From contig CM059431.1 of NCBI GenBank assembly GCA_030390025.1, forward strand, positions 151,530,001-151,594,000: DNA of 64,000 nucleotides, written 5' to 3'. The position numbers and the translations under genes are program-made. The notes below the pieces were generated by a model. It made no database searches and was not told the DNA's origin. It saw only the letters and a program-made list of their open reading frames with translations. Every line of letters starts with the position of its first letter. Within the stretch, counting starts at the first letter, position 1. Positions 51,355-64,000 of this stretch are shown here, piece after piece. This DNA is from Squalus acanthias. Its lineage: Eukaryota.

Positions 51355-53735
51355 GACGACCACATGTTCTACTTTGCCCAGAATGTTCTTGGCCCATCTA
51401 GGGCGGAGGCATTGCTGGACCTGGTGCAGGGGGATGAGGTGGGACAGGTCGATCAAGTGTCTGTTGGAGAACACTTGGATACAAGTGATCATCGTATCAT
51501 AAGATTTAGATTAGCAATGGAGAAGAGCAAGGAACAATCGAGTGTGCAAATCCTAAACTAGAATAGGTTTAATTTCAATGGCATGCGAAATATCTACCCA
51601 GTGTTAAATGGAAAGAAAGACTTACAGGATAAACCTGTAACTGAACAATAGGTGGTCTTTAATGAGTATATGTTCCAAGTACAGGCTAAATACATTCCAA
51701 CAAGAGGAAAAGGTAAGGGAACCGAAGCAAGTGCTCCTTGGATGACGAGAGAGATAGAGTAGATGGTGGAACAAAAAAAGGGGTGTATGATGCTTGTCAG
51801 GTGAATTCTTCAAGGGAGAATCAGACCAAATACAATAAGTTGAGATGGGAAGTGAAGATGAAAATAAGATTGGCAAAGAGAGCATATGAGAGTAGAATGG
51901 CGGTTAAAATAAAAAATTCTAACGGCATGTAAACAGTAAGCGGGTAATAAGAGTCGTGGTGTGGCTTATGAGGGACAAGAAGGTAATATATGCTTAGAGG
52001 CGCAGGACAAGGGTAGAATACTTAATGAAACATTTGTATCGGTGTTTACTATGGAGGTGGATGCTGACAAATTATTGGCAGAAGTGGAAAAGGCAGATAG
52101 AAGCAATGGATGGTGTGCAAATTGATAGACAGGATGTACTAGAAAAGCTGGGTACGCTTAGAGTGCTAACTCGCCTGGACTAGATGGCTTGCCTTCCAGC
52201 TTGCTAAGAGAATTGGGGGAGGAGAAAGCGGAAGGGCTTGGCATATTTTTTCCATCTTCCCCAGATGCGGGGGAGTTGCCTGAGGATTGGAAAGTGATAA
52301 AAATGACACCATTGTTCAAGAAAGTGTGTAAGGACAATCCTAGTAACTACAGGCTTGGCAGTTTAATATTAGTGCTGGGTAAAGTTTTAGAAACAATATT
52401 CAAGGGAAACGTAAACGGCTTTTGCAGAGGTTTAAGCTAATTAAGGAGAGCGACACGGTTTCTAAATGGAAGTTTGACAAATCTAATTGAATTTTTTGAT
52501 GAATTAACATGGACGATTGTTGAACTGAATGCAATGGATGTTGTCTGCATGGTGTTTCGGAAGGCGTTTGACAAAGTACAAGATATGAGTTTGGTTAACA
52601 AAATTGAACCTCATGGAATAGGTGGGTCAGTCGAAGCTTGGATAAGGAATTGGCTTAACAATAGAAAACAGCGAGTTGTGGTAAATGGCTATTTTTCAGA
52701 TTGGAGGATGGTAGACAGTGGAGTTCCCCAAGGGTCAATGCTCGGGCCACTGCTTTTTTTGATATATATAATTTAGTTGAATATTGGAATAAAGTGTAGA
52801 ATTTCTGAATTTGACAATGACACCAAACTTGGGGGTTTGACAATAAGTGAGAATGATACCAATCGACTGCAGCAGTAAATAGTTCTGCTTGCAGAATGGG
52901 CAGACAAGTGGCAGATGGAATTTAATACAGCGAAGTGTGAGGTGATGAATTTTGGCAGCAGGAACAGGGAGAAGCAATACATACTAAATGACACAGATCT
53001 GAAGGCTGTGCAGGAACAGAGGGACCTGGGACTTAATGTGCATAGATCCCTGAAGCTGGCAGGACATATTGAGATAGTGGTTAGCAAAGCATATATGATC
53101 TTGGGCTTCATAAATAGAGGTATTGAGTACCAAAGTAGAGAAGTTATGCTGAACCATTATAAAGCGCTGATTAGGCTACAACATGGAGTATTGCGTCCAG
53201 TTCTGGTCACCACAATTTAGGTAGGATGTGAAGTTCCTTGTGAGTGTGCAGAGGAGATTTACCAGAATGGTTCCTGGGATGGGGGATCTTAGCTACCAGG
53301 GCAGGCTGGAGCAGCTGGATTTGTTTTTATTAGAGCAAAGGAGGTTGAGGAGTGATTTGATAGAGGTTTACAAGATTATGACAGGCTTGGATAGGCTAGA
53401 CGTGGAAAGGCTGTTCCCACTCGTAAATGGTACATGTAATAGGTGACACAGATTTCAGGTTTTGGGCAAGAGATACAGTGGGGATTGTTAGGAAAACCTT
53501 TTTTACACAGCGAGTGGTGACGACCTGGAATTCACTGACGAAGTTAGTGGTGGAAGCGGAGACAGTCAATGTTTTCAAGGGAAGGCTGGATAGGCACTTG
53601 AGGTAAATACACTTGCTGGGCTACAGGGATAGAGCGGGGGATTTGGGACTGACTGGTTTGCTCTACAGAGAGCCGGCACATACTCGATGGGCCGAATGGC
53701 TTCCTTCTGTGCCGTTATGACTCTGTGATTATGAC
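51355..53735 (+). mobile_element. Degenerate CR1 ORF2 (endonuclease C-terminus to 3' UTR)
   Basis: LLDLV..SDH, NYR, KAFDKV and GVPQGS motifs across many broken ORFs. Confidence 0.92.
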
Positions 53736-53871
53736 TCCACTGCTCACGATCAATCATGACTGTTTTCGAAACAATAATCTCGTTTAAATCAAAACTGAAA
53801 GAAGACCATTCTAAAACGGAACACGATCTACAGTTAAGCTATAGTTAGGATAGAAAGCTCGGGTTTGATCT

Positions 53872-54773
53872 TCATATTTTATTAACCATGTTCCGAATCA
53901 ATGTCCAGGGTGATTGCACCACCTTCACCAGCTCTTTCCTGAATTTGGTTTGGGTCGCTGCATAAATGCACGTGTTAGTACAGGAGCTCAAATACATGAG
54001 CATAAATCCGGTTGCAGAGGCGATGTATGCAGGAGATGTATAGTCGGGTCGAACATAAATGACAAGGGAGTTAATTAAATAACTAACGCAAGTTGTCAGC
54101 CACAACACTATAAAGCTGCCTGATACACTGAACAGTAAAATGATGGATTTCCTTCGGCTCTCCATCTCTGGATCGCTCTGATTCTCACTGCAGTTACCCC
54201 GGAGTCTCCTGCGGGCTCTACTGGCAGCTAGAATACGCCTGACTGTCAAACCATTAAACAGAAATATCAAAGCGAAGGGAAGCCCTGGACATAGAGCAGT
54301 TTCGAACCAAACGAATGCGATACCGAAAGGCGAGGCAAAAAAGTCAATTTTCAAGCGGCAACCCCAGTGAATATTGTTAATGATTCGGACAGTTTCAGAT
54401 GCAAAACAAAAGGGGATATTTTCCAAACAGAGCAGAACAGAGACCGTTGTTATGACGGCGGCCGCAGTTCTCACTGTGCAATATTTCGCTTTAAACTTCT
54501 CAGAACATATCGCGACATAGCGGTCAAATGTGAAGGTGACGGTAAACCACACGGACATATTGAGAGCAGCAGTATTCAAGTATATAAGCAACCTACAGAC
54601 GGCAGTGAGGTTGAGGAATGAATGTGGAAAGTGATATGTAAAAACGCGGTACAGCAGCACATTGATGATCATGACCAGTAGATCTGCTGTTGCCATGGCC
54701 ACCATGTAGACCGAGATACCTTTGGAAATACCGCATTTTCCTCCGGAGAGAATCACGATTGTCAGTAGATTCG
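53872..54773 (-). CDS. GPR139/GPR142-like class A GPCR, coding exon 2
   Basis: Acceptor ctctttcttacAG immediately before 54773. Open frame to TGA with hydrophobic TM segments, AMATADLLV (TM2), FTFDRYVAIC (DRY) and NTCIY (NPxxY variant). Confidence 0.9.
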
Positions 54774-55104
54774 CTGTAAGAAAGAGGGACAAGCGGTCAG
54801 TAACGGGCACACTCCGATAAATCTCACACCATTTTGTGCGGAAGTGTTCAGATGTGTCCCTGTGCAGACGGATTTTTAATGATAGAGGCGAGTGTGAGCG
54901 AAGAGGTATTTTTAAAAAAACATCGATCACTCAATATAGAGTAACTGAAAATCCGCCATTCTTCCACTCATACTTCAGACGGACATCGCCAAATTTAAAT
55001 TTCACAGCAATTACTGCACAGATATGAATTTAAACGAAACATTCAGTTGAGAGAACATCATTCAATTTAGATCGAAACTTTGCGCTTTTTCTATGCGCAG
55101 TGCT

Positions 55105-55890
55105 GATAAATGGCAGATAACATTCGCGCCACAGAAGTGCCAGGAAATGATTATCTTCAACAAGTGAGAGTCCAACCACCTCCCTTTGACAATCAATAGC
55201 ATTGCCATGGCAAAATCCCCCACCATCAACATCCTGGGGGTTACCAATAACCATAAACTTAACTGGACCAGCCACATATGTACTGTGGGAAAAAGCGCGG
55301 TTCAAAGGCTGGGTATTCAGTGGCGAGTGTCTCACCTGATGTCTCCCCAAAGACATTCTACCATCTACAAGGCACAAGTAAGGAGTGTGATGGAATACTT
55401 TCCACTTGCCTGGATGACTGCAACTTCAACAACACTCAAGAAGCTCGACACTATCCAACACAAAGCCGCCCGCTTGATTGGCACCCCATCCACCACCTTA
55501 AACATTCACTCCCTCCACCACCGGCGTACCGTGGCTGCAGTGTGCACCAAGTACAAGATGCACTGCAGCAACTCGCCAAGGCTTATTCGGCAGCACCTCC
55601 CAAAACCGCGAAATCATCCACCAAGAAGGATAAGGGCAGCAGGCACATGGGGACAGCACCACGTTCCCCTCCAAGTAACACATCATCCTGACTTAGAAGT
55701 ATATCGCCTATCCGTTATCCACGCTGGATCAAAATGCTGGAACTCCCTACCTAACAGCACAGTGGGAGTAACTTCACCACACGGACTGCAGCGGTTCAAG
55801 AAGGCAGCTCACCACCAGAGTATCAAGGGCAATTAGGGATGAACTTGCCAGCGACGCCCACATCCAAAAAACGACTGAAAAAAAAAACTG
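55105..55890 (+). mobile_element. LINE family B 3' fragment in the GPCR intron (antisense to the gene)
   Basis: ORF 55186-55836 (IYKAQVRSVMEY, KAARLIGTPS, WNSLP); A-rich tail. Confidence 0.9.
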
Positions 55891-56427
55891 AATAGATGTT
55901 GCGCGGGGTTGGGGGGGGGGGGGGGGCGGTTGCGTGCGGTTGCTGCAGCTGCTCGGTAACAGAGCGGAAGCTGGTGGAGACACGATGGTCCTTAGCAGCC
56001 GAGGGGAGGAGAGCAGAAACCTGAGAGGCAATTATGGCTCCAAATATTTTTCAACGTCCCCTGTTGGGTGGAGGTGGCTGCAGGCTGAACAATGATCAAG
56101 GTAAAATAAACAGGCTACAAGTGTACAACTGTCGCGATTAACATCCAAACGAAGGAACACATCCTATAGCGATTTCTATACTGTTGGAGGAGCCGGAGCA
56201 TGTCAGCTTCATACTCCCTGAGTACAGGGAGGAAAGGCGAGCGCCCGGCACCCACGATCTACCGATCAGCCTCACCAGCCTGCCGGACTGGTTGGATTCC
56301 CACTGACATACACCAACTTATCCCGGTGGATAAGTGACTCTTCAATGAGAAGCTTCTCCGACTCATTACATAATCATTAACACTGAGATAGTCAACAGCC
56401 AATAGACAACAGGATGCACTGACTTAC

Positions 56428-56497
56428 CGGGAATGCCAAAGGCTGCGAGTGCAGGGTAGAAAATGATGCTGAACAGTTCAATTGTTGGAAGTGCCAT
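56428..56497 (-). CDS. GPR139-like GPCR, coding exon 1
   Basis: ATG at 56497 encodes MALPTIELFSIIFYPALAAFGIP plus G, then a GTAAGT donor. The phase-1 junction G|CG restores the frame into exon 2; total 972 nt = 323 aa. Confidence 0.87.
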
Positions 56498-56576
56498 TTT
56501 GTTGGAGCAGAATAGGTGACTTCTGACTGGCTTTATGGTTAGCATCAGAGTGTACACTCGATCCATAAACACTCTC

Positions 56577-56584
56577 CTTTTATA
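56577..56584 (-). promoter_or_regulatory. Candidate TATA box of the GPCR gene
   Basis: TATAAAAG on the minus strand, ~80 nt upstream of the ATG. Confidence 0.6.
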
Positions 56585-56910
56585 CAATACTCGGTACCCC
56601 GGTGAGAAATTAAGTCACAGTACAATTGGCGTAAGTTACAGTCACTTAACCAACAAGGGAAGATTTTCCGCTTCAGTGTGCCTGGGACAACAAAGGGGAC
56701 CTTTTACAACTTAGTTCATGAAACTCCATTAATTCAAATGAATAAAAGGGAACTCAAAGCAGATGGAATGTACTGTGCACAAGCACCGTGTTCCCCGAAG
56801 GTCACTTCCCACACGGGCACTGCGTTAGGTTACTGATGCCTCGTAATAATTCGTGAAATCTTAACTCATCCATTAGATCGTTAAATTTAGCTTTGCACCC
56901 GAATGAAAAA

Positions 56911-58095
56911 TGGTGGTGTCCCTTCTCTAACCTTACTGGTGGTGACCCTACTCTAACATTACTGGTGATGACCCTACTCTAACATTACTGGTGGTGACCC
57001 TACTCTAACATTACTGGTGGTGACCCTACTCTAACATTACTGGTGGTGACCCTACTCTAACCTTACTGGTGGTGACTATATTCTAACATTAATGATGATG
57101 ACACTACTCTGACATTACTGGTGGTGATCATATTCTAATATTGCTGGTGGTAACTCTACTCTGACATTGCTGTTGGTGATCATACTATCACATTACTGCA
57201 AGTATACTCTCACATTCCTGGTGGTGACTCTACTTTGACATTACTGGTGGTGATCATACTCTAACAATAATGGTGCTGATCATACACTAACAATACTGGT
57301 GGTGCTTCTACTCTAAAATTACTGTTGGTGACTCTACTCTAACATTACTGATGAGGACACTACATAACATTAATGGTGGTGACTTTACCCTAACAATACT
57401 GGATGTAACCCTACACTAACGTTACTGGTGTGGACCGGAGTTTACATTATTGGTGGTGTTTAAAGTCTCACATTTCTTGTGTGGACCCGACTCTAATTTT
57501 ACTGGTGGTGACTTTACACTAGCATTGCCAGCGGTTACACGATTTTAGCATTGCTGGTGATGAACCTACTCTAATTTTAATGGCGTAGACCATACTCTAA
57601 CATTATTGGTTCTGATTCCGCTCTAACATTACTGGTCATGAGTCCAGTCTGAAACAACTGGTGGAGACAACACAGTAACCTTACTGGCGGCAAATCTACT
57701 CTAACATTACTGGTGCTGATTCTACTCTAGCATTACTGATGGTGACCCTATTCTACCATTATTGGCGGTGACTCTACTCTAGCATTACTGGTGGTGACAC
57801 TACTCTAACATTACTGGTGTCGTCTCTACTTTAACATTACTGGTGATGACCCTACTCTAACATTACTGGTGGTAACTCTGCTCTCACATTATTGGTGGTG
57901 ACCCTACTCTAACATTACTGGTGGTGAATCTATTCTAACATTACTGCTGGTGACTCAACACTACAATTAACGGTGGTTACCCGTTTCTATAATTACTGGT
58001 GATTTCCGTGCTCTAACATTAATGGCGGGGACCATACTCTAATCATTCCTGTTTGTGACTCCATTCTAACATTACAGGTGATGAGTCAAGTCTAA
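56911..58095. repeat. 26-bp minisatellite (TACTCTAACATTACTGGTGGTGACCC), about 45 units
   Basis: Exact 26-nt period at 57001/57027/57053; more diverged centrally. Confidence 0.95.
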
Positions 58096-58139
58096 ATTTA
58101 TAGACATGCTTGATAATTGATAATACACGCTTGACAATT

Positions 58140-59480
58140 AGAAACGTCGTAAAGTAGGAGCAGGAATAGAGCATTCGGCCCTTCGAGACGGCTCCGCCAT
58201 TCAATATGATCATGGCTGATTCTCTCTCTCAATATCATATACCCGATCTCTCCCCATACCCCATGGCGTCTTCAGTGTCTAGAAATCTATCTACCTCCTG
58301 CTTAAACATATTCAGTGGCTTGGATTCTCCAACCCTCTTTGGTAAATTATTCCACTGGTTCTTCACCCACTGAGTGAAAACATTTCTCCTCATCGCAGTC
58401 TAAATGTCCTACCACGTATACTAAGACTGTGACCCCTCATTACGGAGCCCCCAGTTAGGGGAAACATACTCCCTGCTTCCAGTCTGTCTAGCCCTGTCAG
58501 AATTTTATACGTTTCAATGAGACCCCCGTAAATCTTCTAAACTCTCGTGAATACAGGCTTAGACGACACAATCACTCCTCATACGACAGTCCTGCCATCC
58601 CAGCAATCAGGCTGGTGAAATTTTACTGCACTATGACAAGTGTATCCTTTGTTAGGTAAGGTGAACAAAACTGAACACAGCACCAAGGTCCTCTGTAACT
58701 GTAGTAGTAAGATATCCGTGCTCCTGTATGAAAATCCTCTTGCAATGAAGGCCAATATACCATGTGCCTTCGTAACTGCCTGCTGCACCTGCATGTTGGC
58801 TTTCAGTGAATGGTGTACAAGGACACCCAGGTCCATTTTAACATCACAATTCCCCAATCTATCACCATTCAAATATCACTATGCCTTTCTGTTTCTCCTA
58901 TCGAAGTGGTTAACTTCACATTTATCCACGATATACTGCATCTGCCATGTATTTTCCCACTCACAACTTGTCTAAATCTCCTTGAAGCCTCGTTGCATCC
59001 TTCTCATAACTCACAATCCCACCTAGTTCCTTGTCGTCAGCAAGCTTGAAAATATTGCATTTGGTTCCCTCATCCAATATATATTGATATATATTGTGAA
59101 TAGCTGGGGCCCAAGCACTGATCTCTGCGGTACCCCACTAGTCACCGCCTGCCATATCGAAAAAGACCCATTTATTGCTGCTCTCTGGTTCCTGGCTGGT
59201 AACTCATTTTCAATGCATGCCAGTATTTTACCCCCAATCCCATGTGCTTTAATTTTGCACACTAACCTTTTATGTAGCACTTTTTCAAAGGCTTTCTGAA
59301 AATCCAAATACACCACATCCACTGTTTCTCCCATGTCTATTCTACCATTCACATCCTCAAAAATGTCCAGTAGGTTTGTCAAACACGAAATCCCTTTCAT
59401 AAATCCATGCTGATTTTTTGTAAAATCCCGTTGATATTTTCTAAATGTCCTGTAATCACACCCTTTGTAATAGCCTCTAG
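58140..59480 (-). mobile_element. Degenerate CR1 RT plus 3' end
   Basis: Minus ORFs contain SCLTNLL, DFQKAF, GVPQ and DLGVLVH. Confidence 0.92.
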
Positions 59481-59494
59481 TGTTAGCCTCTCAT

Positions 59495-60045
59495 GATTTT
59501 AGGACATGCTTGATAATTGATAGGAGACGACTGATAATTGATCATACACGCTTGAAAATTGATAGGACAGACTTGATAATTGATAATACACGCTTGATCA
59601 TTGATAGAAGAAATTTGATTATTGATAATACACGCTTGATAGTTGATAGATCTTGTTTGATAATTGAAAATACACGCTTGTTAATTGATAATACACGCTT
59701 GATAATTGATAGGAGACGGTTCATAATTGACAAGACACGCTTGATAATTGATTGGATAAGCTTAATTATTGACAGGACATGTTTGGTAATTGACAGGAGA
59801 CGACTGATAATTTTTAATACACGCTTGATAATTGATAATACACGATTGATTATGAAAGGACGCGTTTGATAACTGATAGTACACGCTTAATAATTGATTG
59901 GACATGCTTGATAATCAATAATACAAGCTTGATAATTCATAATAAACGCTAAATAATTGATAGGACATGCAGGATAATAGAATATACATGCTTAATAATT
60001 AATAGAACATGCATGATAAATGTTAATACGCGCTTGATAATTGAT
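59495..60045. repeat. 21-bp minisatellite (same family as 39015-42268; a short piece also at ~58100-58140)
   Basis: LIIDNTR/LIIDRT 7-aa periodicity in ORF 59480-59869. Confidence 0.93.
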
Positions 60046-60047
60046 GC

Positions 60048-63000
60048 AAAGGTATAAACAGAGGGGTCTGTGAGTGCAGCATGCACTGAGTGCAGTGAGC
60101 ACAGAGTTAACAACTGTAAGTTTGGTAAGTTTGGGAGTTTTAAGGGTTAATCTCTTTTAAAAGTTATTTTAAAATCTAGTGTAAATTGCTAGCAGCTCTT
60201 AAGTAAGATTAACTGTTTAAGTTAAAATGTAAACTTTAAATCTTTAAGTTTCATCCAGCTTAAGCAGAGACAAACATGCAAGCTCACATGCTGGAAAGCT
60301 GCTGTAGTTAATTAGCTAACTAGATTAAAGAGGTTCCTGAAACAGTTGCAGAGAAGTGCTGTCTCATCTGAGTGACAAAAAGTACAAACACAGGGGTCTG
60401 TGAGTGCAGCCAGCACTGAGTGCAATGAGCACAGACTGAAAAAAATGGGAGTTTGGTAAGTGGTTTAGCTTGGTGAAGTTGGAGTTGGAGATGCTTGCTT
60501 TTCCTAACTTCTCACGCAGAGCAGCTGCGGACCTGAGCAGGAGCAGAACGAGGCCCGGGAGCAGGGATAAAAGCAGCAGCAGAACTGCAACAACAAGAGA
60601 AAACGGCAGTGTGATGTCACAGATAAGGCAGGTAATTAATTGTTAGTGACTGTGAGCTAAGATTTAATTGAACAAATAGCATATAATTAAATTTTAAAAA
60701 CTAAACTTAATGTAATTAATTTAATAAACTAAACGAGGTAAATAATTTTATTAACAATAAACTAATTAATAAAATAAATAAAATAATGGCAGAACAGGAG
60801 ATGTGTTGCTGCTGCAATATGTGGGAGCTTCTGGACATTTTTGTCGATGGCGAACACATCTGTGCTCAGTGTCTCTAGCTCGAGCACTTTGGTGGGCAGG
60901 TATGCTAGTACTGTTGGCGGGGGCAGGGTGTGGTGGGGATGTTAAACTACCTTGGCAGGGGGATGGGATACGGAGTGGAGGTATAGTAGGGGGTGATGTT
61001 CAGACTAATAAAGAGGACAAAAACAATTCAGCCTGGAAGGCAGAGAAAATATGTAAAGTCACAAGGCACTATGGCAAGGCTGGATGGCATTTAGCTATTC
61101 GAGCCAGCATGTCGAAAGTCCGAAAAGAGAGGGGGAGGTACTGGACTTAATTCTAGGGAATGTAGCTGGGCAAGTTGTCGAAGTGTAAGTAGGTGAGCAT
61201 TTTGGTGACAGTGACCATAATTTGGTGAGATTTAAGGTAGTCATGGAAAAGGACAAAGACGGACCGGAAATACAGGTTCTAAATTGGGGGAGGGCCGATT
61301 TTAATATGATAAGGCAGGATCTGGCCAAAGTGCACTGGGATCAGCTACTTGTAGGAAAATCCACATCAGAGCAGTGGCAGACTTTCAGAAAGGATATAAA
61401 GAGAGTACAACGCCAAATTGTTCCCTTGCAGGTCAAGGATGGGACCAACAATCCCAGGGAACCCTGGATGTGAAGGGATATGCAAGAACCGATTAGGAAA
61501 AAAAATGAGGCTTTTGGCAGATACAAAGGACTAAAACAGTGAAAGCCCTAGAGGAGTATAGAAAGTGCAGGGGGGTACTTAAAAAAAAAATAGGAAAGCG
61601 AAGTGGGGCATTAAAAAGCACTGGCAGGCAAAATAAAGGAAAATCCCAAGTTGATTTTTAAGTATATTAAATGCAAGAGAATAACCAGGGAAAGTATGGC
61701 CCATTAGGGACCAACGTGGCAATCTGTGTGTAGAGCCATAAGATGTAGGTGAGGTTTTACACGCATATATTGCATCTGTGTTCACTATGGAGAAGGACGA
61801 TGTCGGCTTAGAAATCAGGCAGGGGGATTGTGATATACGTGAACAAATTAGTTTTGAGAGGAAGGAGGTACCAGCGGTTTTAGCGGGCATTAAAGTGGAT
61901 AAATCCCCAGGCACTGACGAGATCTATCCCAGTGAGACGTGTGAGGCAAGGGAGGAGATTTCAGGGGCTCTGACACAAATTTTCATAACCTCTCTGTCCA
62001 CAGGGGAGGTGCCAGTGGACTGGAGAACAGCTAACGGAGCACCATTATTCAAGAAGGGGAGTAGGGATAATCCAGCGAATTACAGGCCAGTAAGCCTAAC
62101 ATCACTGGTAGGGAAATTATTGGAAAATATTCTGAGGACTGAATCAGTCTCCACTTGGAAAGGCAAGAATTAATCAAGGACAGTCAGCATGGCTTCATCA
62201 GGGGGAGATCAGGTCTAACCAATTAGATTGATTTTTTCGAGGGGGTGACTAGGTGTGTTGATGAGACTAGTGCATTTGATGTAGTCTACATGGACATCAG
62301 TAAGGCTTTTGGCAAAGACCCACATGGGAGTCTGGTCAAGTAATTAAGCGCCAACTGGATCCAAGGCAATTAGTCACATTGGATCCAAAATTGGCTTAGT
62401 GGTAGGAGGCAGAGTGTGATGGTCGAAGGTTGGTTTTTGTGACTGGTAGCCTGTGTCCAGTGCTGTACAGCAGGGATCGGTGCTGGGTCCTTTGCTGTTT
62501 TCAGTGTACATTAATGCTTTAGATTTGAATGTAGGAGGCATGATCAGTAAGTTCGCAGCTGACACGAAAATTGGTGGAGTGGTAAATAGCAATAAGGGAA
62601 GCCTCAGTCTCGAGGACGATATATATTTTTTGGTTAGATGGGCAGAACAGTGGCAAATGAAATTTAACCCTGAAAAGTGTGAGGTGATGCATTTTGGAAG
62701 TACTAACAAGGCAATGGAATACACAATAAAATGTAGGACCTCAGGAGGGACAGAGGATCAGAGGGACCTTGGTGTGCATGTACATAGATCCCTGAAGGCA
62801 GCAGGACAGGTAGATAACGTGGTTCATAAGGCATATGATATAGATGCCTTCATTAGCTGAGGCTTAGAATATAAGCGCAGGGAGGTCATGATGGAGCTGG
62901 AGAAAACGCTAGTTCGGCCACAGCTGGAATACCGTGTGCAGTTCTGGTCGCCACACAATAGGAGGGATGTGATTGCATTGGAGAGGGTGCAGAGGAGATT

Positions 63001-63085
63001 CACCTGGATGTTACCTGGGCTGGAGCGGTTCAGCTATGAAGAGAGACTGGACAGGCTGGGGTTGTTTTCCTTCGAGCAGTGAAGG
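60048..63085 (+). mobile_element. CR1 LINE retaining 5' UTR, internally deleted ORF1 and degenerate ORF2; 3' end missing
   Basis: Duplicated 5' block (~60050-60135 and ~60380-60460). ATG at 60786 encodes MAEQEMCCCCNMWEL...HICAQCL* (ORF1 zinc-finger-like start). ORF2 motifs SDH, NYRPVSLTS, QGSVLGP and VRPQLEY. Confidence 0.88.
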
Positions 63086-64000
63086 CTTGTACAGAAAATA
63101 GCCATATTCCAAAAGATACACCATCCTATGAACAGATTTCTGATATTTTTAATACATGTCAAACTGGGCTTAAAAGTCTGGAAAGCCTCGGTTACACAGG
63201 CTGCAAACACAATACAGGCTTTTGAGATAAAAACATTTAATAACAAAAGCTTTAAACACCAAACAAGCTTTGAAATGGGTATCGGTTTGTAAATACTAAG
63301 ACAAAGGCCTCATTGTAAAAAAGAGGGTTGTCGGTTCCAAGGAGACTACAGTTTGGAACAACGCAATACCATATCCCAATTTAAAGTGTTAAAATCTAAC
63401 ACGTCAAACAGGTGCACAGAACATTTAAAAAAACAACTGCCTTTGAAAAATGACATCAAGTAAAAGAAATACCTGCCGTAAAATAGTTTTATGTTAATCT
63501 TAGAACAAGGAGACATGATTCTTATTACAATCAATTGAACTGAATGAGAAATGCAAAAAACACCCTAGATGGAAAACTTTTGATTTAGAAATTGTAAAAG
63601 GTATAAACAAAACACGTTGAAGATATAATATCAGTAGAAGACAACAAGCAATCACATTGTGTTTGTATTGAATATTGAATAGTTAGGAGACACGACGTCT
63701 TCTCACAAGCAGTTAAGGTGATATTAAGAATTGAATAGAAAGACTTCCGAAGAATAGCATCAAATTGATAAATCGATAATAACCATAAAAATGATAAGTT
63801 TTTGAAACACCTATACAGCAGAAAGGATTCTAAAAGTTGGCAGCTGAAATGACAGTAAGAATAGAAATTAATTCAATAGAAAATTACGAGAGAAAATTAG
63901 CTTACATCAACAGAAAACGTCAAAGAATAAACCATGAAAAAAGGTATAAAAATAAAGCTTTTCAGATAGAGAGTCAGAAGTCGCTGGGAAGGAGCAGAGC

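Noticed and set aside
54774..54930. N-terminal ~52 aa of the 352-aa ORF as the GPCR start
   Set aside because: It is intron read-through. A strong acceptor at 54774-54775 and the in-phase exon at 56428-56497 supply the real start of TM1.
55911..55926. G16 homopolymer / G-quadruplex
   Set aside because: An isolated low-complexity run with unreliable length and no supporting context.
59480..59869. 129-aa LIIDNTR heptad ORF (also 42033-42422)
   Set aside because: Translation of the 21-bp minisatellite.
63090..64000. A-rich unique tail of the window
   Set aside because: No recognisable coding or repeat signature, and it is truncated by the window edge.

Overview
Eukaryotic, repeat-dominated DNA. 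It is very probably from a cartilaginous fish (shark), an inference from the CR1/L2/Penelope family types and a GPR139-like receptor. Positions 1-28.9 kb and 35.0-36.8 kb are a diverged 39-bp satellite (consensus GGGGTTTCACAGTGTATCAGGATCCTGCCAGGTGTGTAT) with nested higher-order duplications, and it accounts for nearly all ORFs in the track. The array is interrupted by CR1 LINE insertions, two copies of a ~750-bp TIR element (MITE) and three short Penelope-terminus inserts; two of these short inserts retain a minimal hammerhead ribozyme. The rest is a mosaic of CR1/L2-group LINE fragments, two Penelope-like elements with inverted termini, further MITE copies and 21-, 26- and ~50-bp minisatellites. 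Host-gene content is one apparently intact two-exon GPR139-like GPCR (minus strand, 323 aa) and an orphan death-fold exon of the kind found in fish NLR genes. The most notable signals are the ribozyme-bearing short Penelope inserts with compensatory stem changes, and the MITE carrying promoter motifs and a row of splice donors. I see no prokaryotic-type system, and nothing here can be established as novel without database comparison.
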